Shown here: piece by piece, positions 56,286 to 64,000 of the stretch
Position numbering within the stretch: the stretch's first letter is position 1
Layout: every line of letters starts with the position of its first letter
From: an uncultured Verrucomicrobiota bacterium
GTDB lineage: Bacteria; Verrucomicrobiota; Kiritimatiellia; Kiritimatiellales; Pontiellaceae
Direction of reading: 5' to 3'
Length of the DNA stretch: 64,000 nucleotides
Assembly: GCA_964486885.1 (NCBI GenBank)
Contig: CAZAPF010000009.1
Coordinates: 43,308-107,307 of the forward strand
The notes under the pieces: generated by a model
Database searches by the model: none
Told to the model about the DNA's origin: nothing
What the model saw: only the letters and a program-made list of their open reading frames with translations
Position numbers and translations under genes: made by a program

Positions 56286-57143
56286 TTATTTCTTTTCTGC
56301 AGCCTTTTTCTTCTGCGCCGCTTTCTTTTTCGCGGTCGTCCGCATCAGCGGTTTTTCGGAAGGAAGCAGCACGCCGCCCACATTATTCGCACCGCCATCT
56401 ACATAGATGGTCTGGCCGGTAATCTTCTTGGAATATTTCCCCAGCATGAAGACCACCGAGTTGGCCACTTCCTGCTTGTCGTTGACCACGTCCCACGGCA
56501 ACGGACTCATCTGACGCCAGGTTTTGGCGAGATGCGCAAAGTGGGGAATAGATTTCGCAGCCTTGGTAGCCAGCGGTCCTGCTGAGATGGCATTCACCCG
56601 GACATGCTCACGGCCATATTCACGTGCAAGCGCACGAACGAGAGCTTCGAGTGCCGCTTTATTTACACCCATCCAGTTATAAAACGGGAAGGCAACCTGC
56701 GACTCAAACGAGAGCGTAACAATTGACCCTCCCTTTTCCATTTTTTCGAGGGCGAAGTGAGACACGGTAGCCAACGAAGCACAACTGATATGGAAGCCTT
56801 GCTTAATATCTTCGTAGGCAGGAGTGTACATGCTGTCCCCAAGACAGGTTTTGGGATTCGCGAAACCAATGGAATGCAGCACACCATTAATGGGTCCGGT
56901 TTTTGAAAACAGGTTGCGGACTTCGTTTTCGACGGTCACGTCGCAATATTCAAAACGCATGGCATCTTTCTCTTCCTGCGTCAGATCGGGGCTGCGGTCG
57001 AAGAAGATACGCTTCATGCGCTCACTCTGAACGGAGTAGATCACATTGCCGCCTAATTCTTCGATCATCTTACCCGCTGCGTAGGCAATCGAATCAGTAT
57101 TAAGCAGACCCATCACTACGTAAGTGCTTCCTTTTTCAATCAT
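56286..57143 (-). CDS. FabI-like enoyl-ACP reductase (divergent SDR) with a Lys/Ala-rich C-terminal tail
   Basis: 285 aa with Y-x6-K (YNWMGVNK) and SAGPLAT. The tail is TTAKKKAAQKKKAAEKK. Confidence 0.65.
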   Translation of the reverse strand: MIEKGSTYVVMGLLNTDSIAYAAGKMIEELGGNVIYSVQSERMKRIFFDRSPDLTQEEKDAMRFEYCDVTVENEVRNLFSKTGPINGVLHSIGFANPKTCLGDSMYTPAYEDIKQGFHISCASLATVSHFALEKMEKGGSIVTLSFESQVAFPFYNWMGVNKAALEALVRALAREYGREHVRVNAISAGPLATKAAKSIPHFAHLAKTWRQMSPLPWDVVNDKQEVANSVVFMLGKYSKKITGQTIYVDGGANNVGGVLLPSEKPLMRTTAKKKAAQKKKAAEKK

Positions 57144-57425
57144 TTCGCATACTCCTTTCGGTTAAAATCGGGCGCAAACTTATCAGGTTACCCATTATTT
57201 GCAACCGGGTAATCCAACGATATTCAGGCGCAAAATAAACAACGAACCGCCGAAAGTTCTTAGAAACCCTGCGCCTATATATGCGAAAAACATCAGCAAC
57301 CCAAAAGCTTAAAGCGTACAAAATCTAAATATACTTATTGAGCATATGTGATTTATGTTTGTGAGGTTGAAGCACTCCAACTACACTGTTTCTTTTATTG
57401 TTATTAACTAGAGTAAGGGGTGTAG

Positions 57426-58208
57426 ATGAACATCGTGGTATGCATTAAGCAGGTGCCGGATTCAGACAAAGTCACCATTGACAGGGAGACCAACCGTCTG
57501 AACCGTGCAGGGGTTCCTAGTATTATCAATCCATTCGACGAGAACGCGCTCGAAATGGCATTGCAGCTCAAGGATGAACACGGCGGAAAGGTTACCGTCA
57601 TTTCAATGGGGCCGCCGCAGGCGGAAGAAGCACTGCGAACCGCACTTTCCCATGGCGCGGACGATGCCATTCTGGTTTCCGACCGCAAGTTTGGCGGAGC
57701 CGATACCTGGGCCACGTCCTACACCATCAGTCTCGCCATCAAGAAACTGGAAGACGTTGACCTGATTCTCTTCGGCAAACAGGCGATCGATGGCGACACC
57801 GCACAGGTCGGCCCCGGCGTTGCCCACTTCCTGGATATCCCGATGCTCACCTATGCGAAAGGCGTCGAAGTTACCGGCGATACCTTTAAGGTTAATAAGG
57901 TCACGGAAGACGGATATGAAATCTGGGACGTCGATAAACCAGCGGCCCTCACCGTTGTGAAAGAAGCCAACGATCTGCGTATGCCGTCTCTGAAAAAGAA
58001 GATGGCCGCCAAGAAAGCTGAAATCCCAACCTGGGGTGTGGAAGAGCTTCAGCCGGAAGAAGGCAACATCGGCCTCGCCGGCTCACCAACCAAAGTGAGC
58101 AAGGTCTTTGCACCGCCGGTCAAATTGAACAAAGAAATTCTCTCCGGCGAACCTGCCGAAATGATCACCGAACTTATCGGAAAACTGAAGGAGCAGCACG
58201 TACTATGA
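57426..58208 (+). CDS. etfB: Electron transfer flavoprotein subunit beta
   Basis: 260 aa starting MNIVVCIKQVPD, typical EtfB. Confidence 0.93.
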   Translation: MNIVVCIKQVPDSDKVTIDRETNRLNRAGVPSIINPFDENALEMALQLKDEHGGKVTVISMGPPQAEEALRTALSHGADDAILVSDRKFGGADTWATSYTISLAIKKLEDVDLILFGKQAIDGDTAQVGPGVAHFLDIPMLTYAKGVEVTGDTFKVNKVTEDGYEIWDVDKPAALTVVKEANDLRMPSLKKKMAAKKAEIPTWGVEELQPEEGNIGLAGSPTKVSKVFAPPVKLNKEILSGEPAEMITELIGKLKEQHVL

Positions 58209-59206
58209 GCACGACAAAAGAACTTTGGGTATATGCAGAGCAGCGCGAGGGCAAAATTGCCGGCGTGGTGCAGGAACTCCTCAGCCAGGGACAGGTCCTC
58301 TGCGAAAAATCGGGTTACACCCTTTGCGCGGTCCTTCCGTCCGCCAGCGGTGCGGAGCTCTGCCAGGAACTCTACAACTTTGGCGCCAAGAAGGTTTACA
58401 CCATCGACGATCCGAAACTGGCCGACTACCAGAACGATTATTATTCGCGGGCTGTCGCTCAACTGATCAACGAGAAGAAACCGGAAATCGTCCTCTACGG
58501 GGCAACCACTATCGGCCGAAGCCTTGCTCCGACCGTGGCCGTCATGGTTGATGCCGGCCTTACTGCCGATTGCACCGAGCTCGACTTTGATGTTGAAGAA
58601 GGCAACCTGCTGCAGACCCGCCCGGCCTTCGGCGGCAACATTATGGCCACCATCATCTGCCCGAATCACCGTCCGCAAATGGCCACGGTCCGCTCCAACG
58701 TCTTTAAGAAGACCAAGCTGTCTGATAGCGAAGGAGGCGAACAGATTCAATATGATGTCGATCTTTCCGGCGTGCCGGAACGGATGCGCCGTCTTGAATC
58801 CGTGCATGAAGCAGACGACAACACCATCGATCTCAACGCCGCACAGTTTATTGTTTCCGGCGGTCGCGGTGTCGGAAAACCGGAAAACTTCAAAGTGATC
58901 TACGACTTTGCCGCTGAGATGGGCGCCGCAGTCGGTGCCTCGCGCGCCACCGTGGATGCAGGCTGGATTTCGCACCATCACCAGGTGGGGCAAACCGGCA
59001 AGACCGTCTGTCCGGTGGTCTATATTGCCTGCGGGATTTCGGGTGCCATCCAGCATCTGGCCGGCATGCAGAGTTCCGACATGATCATTGCAATCAACAA
59101 GGATCCCGACGCTCCGATCTTCGACGTGGCCGATTTCGGCCTTATCGGAGACCTGCATGAAATCGTGCCGGAATTCCAAAAGCAAATCGCAGCATTTAAA
59201 GCATAA
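58205..59206 (+). CDS. etfA: Electron transfer flavoprotein subunit alpha
   Basis: 333 aa with the C-terminal FAD-binding block (VSGGRG...[12 protein letters not shown]). The start overlaps the etfB stop. Confidence 0.93.
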   Translation: MSTTKELWVYAEQREGKIAGVVQELLSQGQVLCEKSGYTLCAVLPSASGAELCQELYNFGAKKVYTIDDPKLADYQNDYYSRAVAQLINEKKPEIVLYGATTIGRSLAPTVAVMVDAGLTADCTELDFDVEEGNLLQTRPAFGGNIMATIICPNHRPQMATVRSNVFKKTKLSDSEGGEQIQYDVDLSGVPERMRRLESVHEADDNTIDLNAAQFIVSGGRGVGKPENFKVIYDFAAEMGAAVGASRATVDAGWISHHHQVGQTGKTVCPVVYIACGISGAIQHLAGMQSSDMIIAINKDPDAPIFDVADFGLIGDLHEIVPEFQKQIAAFKA

Positions 59207-59262
59207 GTAACGTGAGGGTGCCGGCCGCAAGGCCGGCGGGGTTTAACACTAAGGAGAAAGAC

Positions 59263-60423
59263 ATGGCAATCAACTGGGGAATCAGTGAAGAGCAACAGGA
59301 AATTATCGACCTTATCGATGATTTCGGTAAAGAACGAATCGTTCCGGTTCGTGCGGAACTCGACGAAAAAGGAATCTTCCCTGCAGACCTGCTCAATGAG
59401 CTGGCGCAGATGGATCTGATGGGACTTTATATTCCGGAAGAATACGGCGGATTCGGAGCCGATCAGCTCGGCTTCTGCATGGCCATCGAAACCATGTCCA
59501 AATACTGCATCGGTGTATCCGTTTCCTACGCAGCCAACGCCCTCGGTGCCGATCCGATCATCATCGGTGGTTCCGACGAGCAGAAAAAGAAATACCTCTC
59601 CCCTCTTGCAACCGGCGAAAAATGGGCGGCCTTCGGCCTTACCGAACCCAATGCCGGTTCCGATGCCGGCGGCATCCAGACCACTGCCGTCAAGAAAGGC
59701 GACAAGTATGTCCTCAACGGCACCAAGCAGTGGATCACCAACGGTGGCGAAGCCGATATCTACACCGTCTTTGCAGTCACCAACAAAGCCAAAGGCGCCC
59801 GCGGCGTTTCCTGCTTCATTGTTGAAAAGGACACCCCCGGATTCAGCTTCGGCAAAAAGGAAGACAAACTCGGTATCCGTGCTTCCGCTACCCGCGAACT
59901 GATCTTCGAGGACTGCGAAGTGCCTGCCGAAAATATTATCGGCCGCGAAGGTATGGGCTTCCTGCTCGCCATGAAAACATTCGACGTTTCCCGTCCGGGC
60001 ATTGCCGCACAGGGTGTTGGTCTTGCACAGGGTGCGCTCGACGAAGCCGTCAAGTATGCCAAAGTACGCAAACAGTTCGATAAGCCGATCATCGCCAATC
60101 AGGGCCTGCTCTGGATGCTCGCTGAAATGTCGACCAAGGTCGAAACCGCACGAGCCATCACGTATGCCGCGTGCCGCACACTCGATGCCGGCATCAAGGA
60201 TGTCTCCAAGATTTCCGCCATGTGCAAATACTATGCAGGCGACGTGGCCATGTCCGTTACCACCGATGCGGTTCAGGTACTCGGCGGCTACGGCTTCATG
60301 AAAGAATATCCGGTCGAAAAAATGATGCGCGATGCCAAGATCCTCCAGATCTACGAAGGCACCAATCAGATTCAGCGCGACATCGTGGGCAACTCCCTTG
60401 TCAAGGAATACGCCTCAAACTAG
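59263..60423 (+). CDS. Acyl-CoA dehydrogenase (short-chain/butyryl-CoA type)
   Basis: The ATG at 59263 is preceded by AAGGAG. The sequence contains ...[13 protein letters not shown]...QWITNGG...YEGTNQIQR.... Confidence 0.92.
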   Translation: MAINWGISEEQQEIIDLIDDFGKERIVPVRAELDEKGIFPADLLNELAQMDLMGLYIPEEYGGFGADQLGFCMAIETMSKYCIGVSVSYAANALGADPIIIGGSDEQKKKYLSPLATGEKWAAFGLTEPNAGSDAGGIQTTAVKKGDKYVLNGTKQWITNGGEADIYTVFAVTNKAKGARGVSCFIVEKDTPGFSFGKKEDKLGIRASATRELIFEDCEVPAENIIGREGMGFLLAMKTFDVSRPGIAAQGVGLAQGALDEAVKYAKVRKQFDKPIIANQGLLWMLAEMSTKVETARAITYAACRTLDAGIKDVSKISAMCKYYAGDVAMSVTTDAVQVLGGYGFMKEYPVEKMMRDAKILQIYEGTNQIQRDIVGNSLVKEYASN

Positions 60424-60424
60424 T

Positions 60425-60470
60425 GGAGGGTCACACGGCGTGTGACCGGGCGGACAGCGTCCGCCCCTCC
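60425..60470 (+). repeat. Compact GGAGGG...CCCTCC-clamped double-hairpin element 1 nt after the acd stop
   Basis: GGAGGG-TCACACGGCGTGTGA-CC-GGGCGGACAGCGTCCGCCC-CTCC. Confidence 0.75.
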
Positions 60471-60474
60471 AGCA

Positions 60475-60506
60475 AACCCCGCCAACACGGCGGGGTTTTT
60501 CGTTTT
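60475..60506 (+). terminator. Rho-independent terminator of the etf-acd operon
   Basis: CCCCGCC-AACAC-GGCGGGG followed by TTTTTCGTTTT. Confidence 0.85.
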
Positions 60507-60515
60507 GGGGATATG

Positions 60516-60541
60516 AAAAAGCCCCGGAGCACTTCCGGGGC
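60516..60541 (-). terminator. Rho-independent terminator for the minus-strand operon coming from the right
   Basis: The minus strand reads GCCCCGGA-AGTGC-TCCGGGGC followed by TTTTT. Confidence 0.7.
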
Positions 60542-60807
60542 CACTGGGCATCAGGAGCTTTGTGTGAATCATTTGCCTGTCGACCGTGACTTAACACAAT
60601 CTGGACAAGGGCATCAGCTTATTGATTTGCACCTCCGTGTCGCCAGTTAATTTTTTAGATACTATTCTGCGAAAAATGTTCCAAAAAAAACGAAGACCAA
60701 TGAGGAAAGGTTTTCAGGAAATGTCACCATACCGTGGAGGGAGCTATAGGTGTAGTTCGCAGAACCAACGGCACTAGCCGTTCAGCACATAAAATTCTTG
60801 CCGACAT

Positions 60808-61755
60808 TTAAGGATTGCTCTCAGAGGATGCAAGGGGAAGCATTTCCCATCTCGCTTCATCGGCCACCCAAAGAATGACATTCATGTTGTCGAGATTCTT
60901 TTCCAGATTGATTTGCTCGGTCAGTAATTCAATTCGTTCGGCTTTGTTTTTCTCGAAGGATTCATAATTATTCGCTTCTGGGACGGAGAGCAGGAGCTGT
61001 TTTCGGGCATCGAGTTCTAGCTTCCGAGTATTAATAATGGCGAGGGAGTTGTGAGCATCAATCAACTTTTTTGTCCGTTCCTGCGAGTCTTCGTAAAGTT
61101 TACCCCAAAGCAGTGCCGTATTACGCCGTGTTTCACGTAGCTGGTCTCGTACTTGCAGGTTGGTATCCAGCTTCATCCGTACGGAAGCTTCAAACCGTAT
61201 GTCTTTAGCATCAAATTCGAATCCTCCCCGGTCACCTCCACTGAGGAGATAAACAGAGGGACTGTATATACGCATGTTCATCTGCGGCCAATACTGGAAC
61301 TGAATGCCGAGTTCACGCAGTCGGACTCCTTCGAGTTCAATCGCCTGCAAGGTTATGAAAAGGGTTCCGATTTTTTCAGGATTGTTCCAGTCCAGAGCCT
61401 GATCGAGATAGTTGAACTCAGGAACCCCCTCCATCGATAGTTCCCAGCGATTGGAGTAGCATCCGACAGCAGCCGAGATACCAAGCCACAGTTCTGTTCG
61501 CTCTTGCTTCTGTCGAAACTCGAGTTCGTTCCGATCCGCGCTGCTGAAGTATGGATGAGCCGCTTGAAGTTCCTGTACCATGTGATTTTTTTGTAGATAA
61601 CGTTTTTTCTTGAAAAGGTTATACAAATTTATCACCTCACCGCGATGTGTCAGTTCATATTGCACCTGAGCCTTAAAGCGGACTAAGGCCGCTGCATAAT
61701 ATTCCATTCGGAGCCGCAAAAACCCCGGTACCTGAAAAAGAGCATTCATGTTCAC
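60808..61755 (-). CDS. Hypothetical protein; alternating beta-like and long helical segments, weakly reminiscent of outer-membrane-factor (TolC-like) repeats. Possibly the 3' part of a frame-broken gene
   Basis: 315 aa from a GTG start. There is no signal peptide on this ORF. The same frame stays open upstream to 61806. Confidence 0.55.
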   Translation of the reverse strand: MNMNALFQVPGFLRLRMEYYAAALVRFKAQVQYELTHRGEVINLYNLFKKKRYLQKNHMVQELQAAHPYFSSADRNELEFRQKQERTELWLGISAAVGCYSNRWELSMEGVPEFNYLDQALDWNNPEKIGTLFITLQAIELEGVRLRELGIQFQYWPQMNMRIYSPSVYLLSGGDRGGFEFDAKDIRFEASVRMKLDTNLQVRDQLRETRRNTALLWGKLYEDSQERTKKLIDAHNSLAIINTRKLELDARKQLLLSVPEANNYESFEKNKAERIELLTEQINLEKNLDNMNVILWVADEARWEMLPLASSESNP

Positions 61756-61781
61756 ATTGAAATTATCATCCGTAATCTCAG

Positions 61782-61904
61782 TTAGCTCGACGATCTCACT
61801 ACCAGATTAATGCCGCGGTTGAAGCTGAACGAGTTTCCATCGAACACCGGCGAGGTGTTTCGCGAATAGGAGAACCTGATTCGACTGCAAGTTAGTTGTT
61901 TCAT
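61782..61904 (-). CDS. 40-codon ORF translationally coupled (ATGA) to the upstream adaptor-like gene; probably the original 5' end of the 60808-61755 gene
   Basis: MKQLTCSRIRFSYSRNTSPVFDGNSFSFNRGINLVVRSSS. The ATG at 61904-61902 overlaps the TGA at 61903-61901. Its frame and the downstream frame are both open over 61785-61806. Confidence 0.35.
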   Translation of the reverse strand: MKQLTCSRIRFSYSRNTSPVFDGNSFSFNRGINLVVRSSS

Positions 61905-62998
61905 TTTTCTGCTTCGGTTGTGGTAATGCCCAAGTGTGTTCTTCCGGAATAGAGTATTTTTGCCGTTGGCCAGATGGGTGAGATAGTTCCTTCCCAACCA
62001 GCAAAGGATCCTTTTTCGCCAGTCATGCATGCCAATTCGATTTTGGAGACAACATGAAATGATTGATCCGATTGAACCCAGAGTTCACAGGTGAGGTTTG
62101 CGCCTATCAGGGAGGTGAGGCGTTTGATCTCCTTGGGGGCAAAGGAAAAACGGTAGATCAACACATTTTGCTGGTGGATTTCCAGTACTTGCGAATCGAA
62201 GAAGGTTCCGTGAAAGACCGGGTCAGCGTCCCGTTTGAATTTAACCGACAGCTGTTGCGGGGGAATGCTGGCAATCTGCGGGTCGCGGATTGCCAGGTGA
62301 AGGTGCAGTTCGGAAACATCCCGCATCATCCCGATGGGGGTGCCGGCTGCAATCCGGAATTCAGCGCGTTCTTCAGAGGCAGGAAGGTAGATCAGCAGTT
62401 CGCCGTCAAACGGCATGACCAATTTGGAGCGTCGACTTTTTTGCTCAAAGTTTAACCGCTCAATCACGCCGCACAGGGTTAACTGTTCCTCCAGCAACTT
62501 CTTTTCTTCATGAAGTTGCTCCACTAGATTGGTGGAAACAGGGATTCGGTCTTCATAGGGTAGTTCCCGGAGAGCAGGGTCGTTCAGCATACATTCTACC
62601 CGTACAAGTTCCCGTGCGGCATTTTGAATCTCTTCCCGGAGTCGCAGTTCTTCTTTCAGGATGTTCAGTTCCAGTTCCTTCCTTCCGCTAGCAAGCTGCG
62701 CCGGATTAACTTCGGCCCATAACGTATCTTTGGTGAGTTTCTGTCGGGTCTGGGTCACATAAAAAAGAATATTCCCGTCGGCCGGCGCGGTAAGCGGAAT
62801 ACTGATCAAGGGTTTTAGTTGTGCCTGATATTCCCCTAGCAACATCCGGTCGGATTTAGGAAATGAGCCCAGTTCCCGACTGATCGTTCTTTCGCTTATT
62901 TTTTCCCGCCCCGCCGTTGGCTCGGAGCACCCATGGCACATTGTCAGCGCCAGAACCGTTGCCACCTGTAAATATTTTTTTTGCATAAGGCAAGTCAT
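61901..62998 (-). CDS. Membrane-fusion-protein (HlyD/periplasmic adaptor)-like exported protein
   Basis: Split lipoyl-like halves (ISIPLTAPADGNILFYV...LWAEVNP and LVMPFDGELLIYLP) flank a coiled coil, followed by a beta-barrel-like region. The ATG at 62998 is preceded by GGGGGAAG and gives the signal-like MTCLMQKKYLQVATVLALTMCHGC. The track start is 63070. Confidence 0.55.
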   Translation of the reverse strand: MTCLMQKKYLQVATVLALTMCHGCSEPTAGREKISERTISRELGSFPKSDRMLLGEYQAQLKPLISIPLTAPADGNILFYVTQTRQKLTKDTLWAEVNPAQLASGRKELELNILKEELRLREEIQNAARELVRVECMLNDPALRELPYEDRIPVSTNLVEQLHEEKKLLEEQLTLCGVIERLNFEQKSRRSKLVMPFDGELLIYLPASEERAEFRIAAGTPIGMMRDVSELHLHLAIRDPQIASIPPQQLSVKFKRDADPVFHGTFFDSQVLEIHQQNVLIYRFSFAPKEIKRLTSLIGANLTCELWVQSDQSFHVVSKIELACMTGEKGSFAGWEGTISPIWPTAKILYSGRTHLGITTTEAEK

Positions 62999-63098
62999 AG
63001 CTTCCCCCACAAAAAGCGAGAGGAATGCGGTTCTCGAAAGAACCGCATTCAGGTTGTTGGTAAAATCCAACCCTTTCTAAGTAATTATGGTTGACAGC

Positions 63099-63845
63099 CT
63101 ATTGCTTAGTAAAACTCGTAGTGCCTGAACCCCAAAGCGTACCGTTTACATATATACGGAAATTTACAGTCATGGATGAGGTGGAAAAACTACCATCTCC
63201 CCTGAGCTCAATGAGATCAGGCCCGTCGTAAAAACTCGCGGAAAACGTGAATGTATCTCCTGATTCGGTGTATGTTCCGGCTGCATCAGTTCCGTCGGCT
63301 GTATCCACAACTCGAAGCGAGGATCCATCAGAACTGAATGTCAGCGATGAAGTGGGTAATCCATCTTCGACCCATGTTGTTCCGGCAAGATCTCCCTCAG
63401 GTGGTGGCGGTGGGGTACCCCTTCGGGTTGCTGTGAAGGTTCCCGAGCGGACTACGCCATCTTCGGTATGTGTATATTCTACAGTCATAGTTATTCCATC
63501 AACATCAACCGTTCCGATCATTGTAAAGTTCCCACCCGGCCAATCAAATGATGCCGTGACCTTCCTTCCGCTTATAGCACATGTTCCTGGAAGATCATTA
63601 ACTCCATCGTCTGGATCCGTGTCGGTAAAATACACATCCGCGTCAGTACCAAACTCAAGCCACGCAGCGTAGTCCCAGTTGTTAATATCCCATGTACTTG
63701 AAGCCAGTTCGATTTCTGGCGTGCTACCACCACCGCTACTGCCTCCACCGCTGTCACAGCTGACCAGCGCTATGACGCAACAGATGCTCAGCGCAATCAA
63801 TGCGCCTCGTTTTATAACCTTCCACCATTCAATTTTGGTTTTCAT
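63099..63845 (-). CDS. Lipoprotein with an internally duplicated beta-rich domain
   Basis: Lipobox LVSC followed by a Gly/Ser linker. Two ~95-aa repeats each start LA(S/G)(S/T)TW and end in ...MTV...G...T(F/A)T, joined by PPPPP. The ATG is preceded by GGGAGG. Confidence 0.75.
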   Translation of the reverse strand: MKTKIEWWKVIKRGALIALSICCVIALVSCDSGGGSSGGGSTPEIELASSTWDINNWDYAAWLEFGTDADVYFTDTDPDDGVNDLPGTCAISGRKVTASFDWPGGNFTMIGTVDVDGITMTVEYTHTEDGVVRSGTFTATRRGTPPPPPEGDLAGTTWVEDGLPTSSLTFSSDGSSLRVVDTADGTDAAGTYTESGDTFTFSASFYDGPDLIELRGDGSFSTSSMTVNFRIYVNGTLWGSGTTSFTKQ

Positions 63846-64000
63846 TATATACCTCCCATTAGGTATTTTTTGATTCCCGTTAATTTACTTTTACCGCTCT
63901 CGGGTTCGTCTCTTCATCCAACCTCCTTTCTATTGGTTTGTATTCAAGACGTTGATTCCTTTTCTATTTCAACTGCGCATCCATCTGGCAGCACGTGTCT

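Noticed and set aside
61785-61806. Programmed -1 ribosomal frameshift joining the 40-codon ORF to the 315-aa ORF.
   Set aside because: There is no X-XXY-YYZ slippery heptamer and no obvious downstream pseudoknot in the 22-nt overlap. An indel or pseudogene is the simpler explanation.

Overview
The window is mostly core chromosome. It looks like a PVC-superphylum bacterium (Verrucomicrobiota or Kiritimatiellota-like). That guess rests only on the PSCyt/DUF1549/DUF1553 + DUF1501 gene pair and the style of the intergenic repeats, and I cannot verify it here.

Gene content:
- Minus strand, 1-19.7 kb: the classical translation/transcription block. It runs tRNA-Thr, tuf, rpmG, tRNA-Trp, secE, nusG, rplK, rplA, rplJ, rplL, rpoB, rpoC, then rpsL, rpsG, fusA and the start of rpsJ.
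- That block is interrupted between rpoC and rpsL by an AraC-HTH/MGMT (Ada-like) gene and a complete IS66-family element (4556-6891) with an 8-bp target duplication.
- The rest is housekeeping and metabolism: GspE-like ATPase, SDR, dinB, metH plus a YitJ-like Hcy-methyltransferase/MTHFR fusion, a truncated globin, a hybrid histidine kinase, gltX, hpt, the PSCyt and DUF1501 pair, a lactonase, an AddA/UvrD-like helicase-nuclease, a GT2, rsmA, pdxA, DUF362, glnN (GS III), lpxD, skp, a nucleoredoxin-like protein, ychF, a FabI-like reductase and etfBA-acd.
- At the right edge there is a lower-GC-looking (by eye) three-gene envelope operon of unknown function.

I did not find a recognisable defence island, CRISPR array or prophage. 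The most unusual content is non-genic:
1. A 45-nt double-hairpin palindromic element occurs three times within 3 kb. Two copies sit in frame and in sense inside protein genes (rsmA and the helicase-nuclease), adding the peptide MG(I/C)LPM(D/S)HGQDARAT.
2. A family of composite hairpin elements is clamped by GGAGGG...CCCTCC and sits directly after stop codons of plus-strand genes. It includes two 101-nt paralogues in which a perfect 25-nt mini-palindrome has changed side and orientation.
3. There are several other REP-like repeat families.

Protein-level candidates worth a look are an Arg-rich protein with a classical C2H2 zinc-finger spacing, and the orphan lipoprotein / adaptor-like / frame-broken third gene operon at 60.8-63.8 kb. 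All calls are by eye from the sequence and ORF track; no searches were run.
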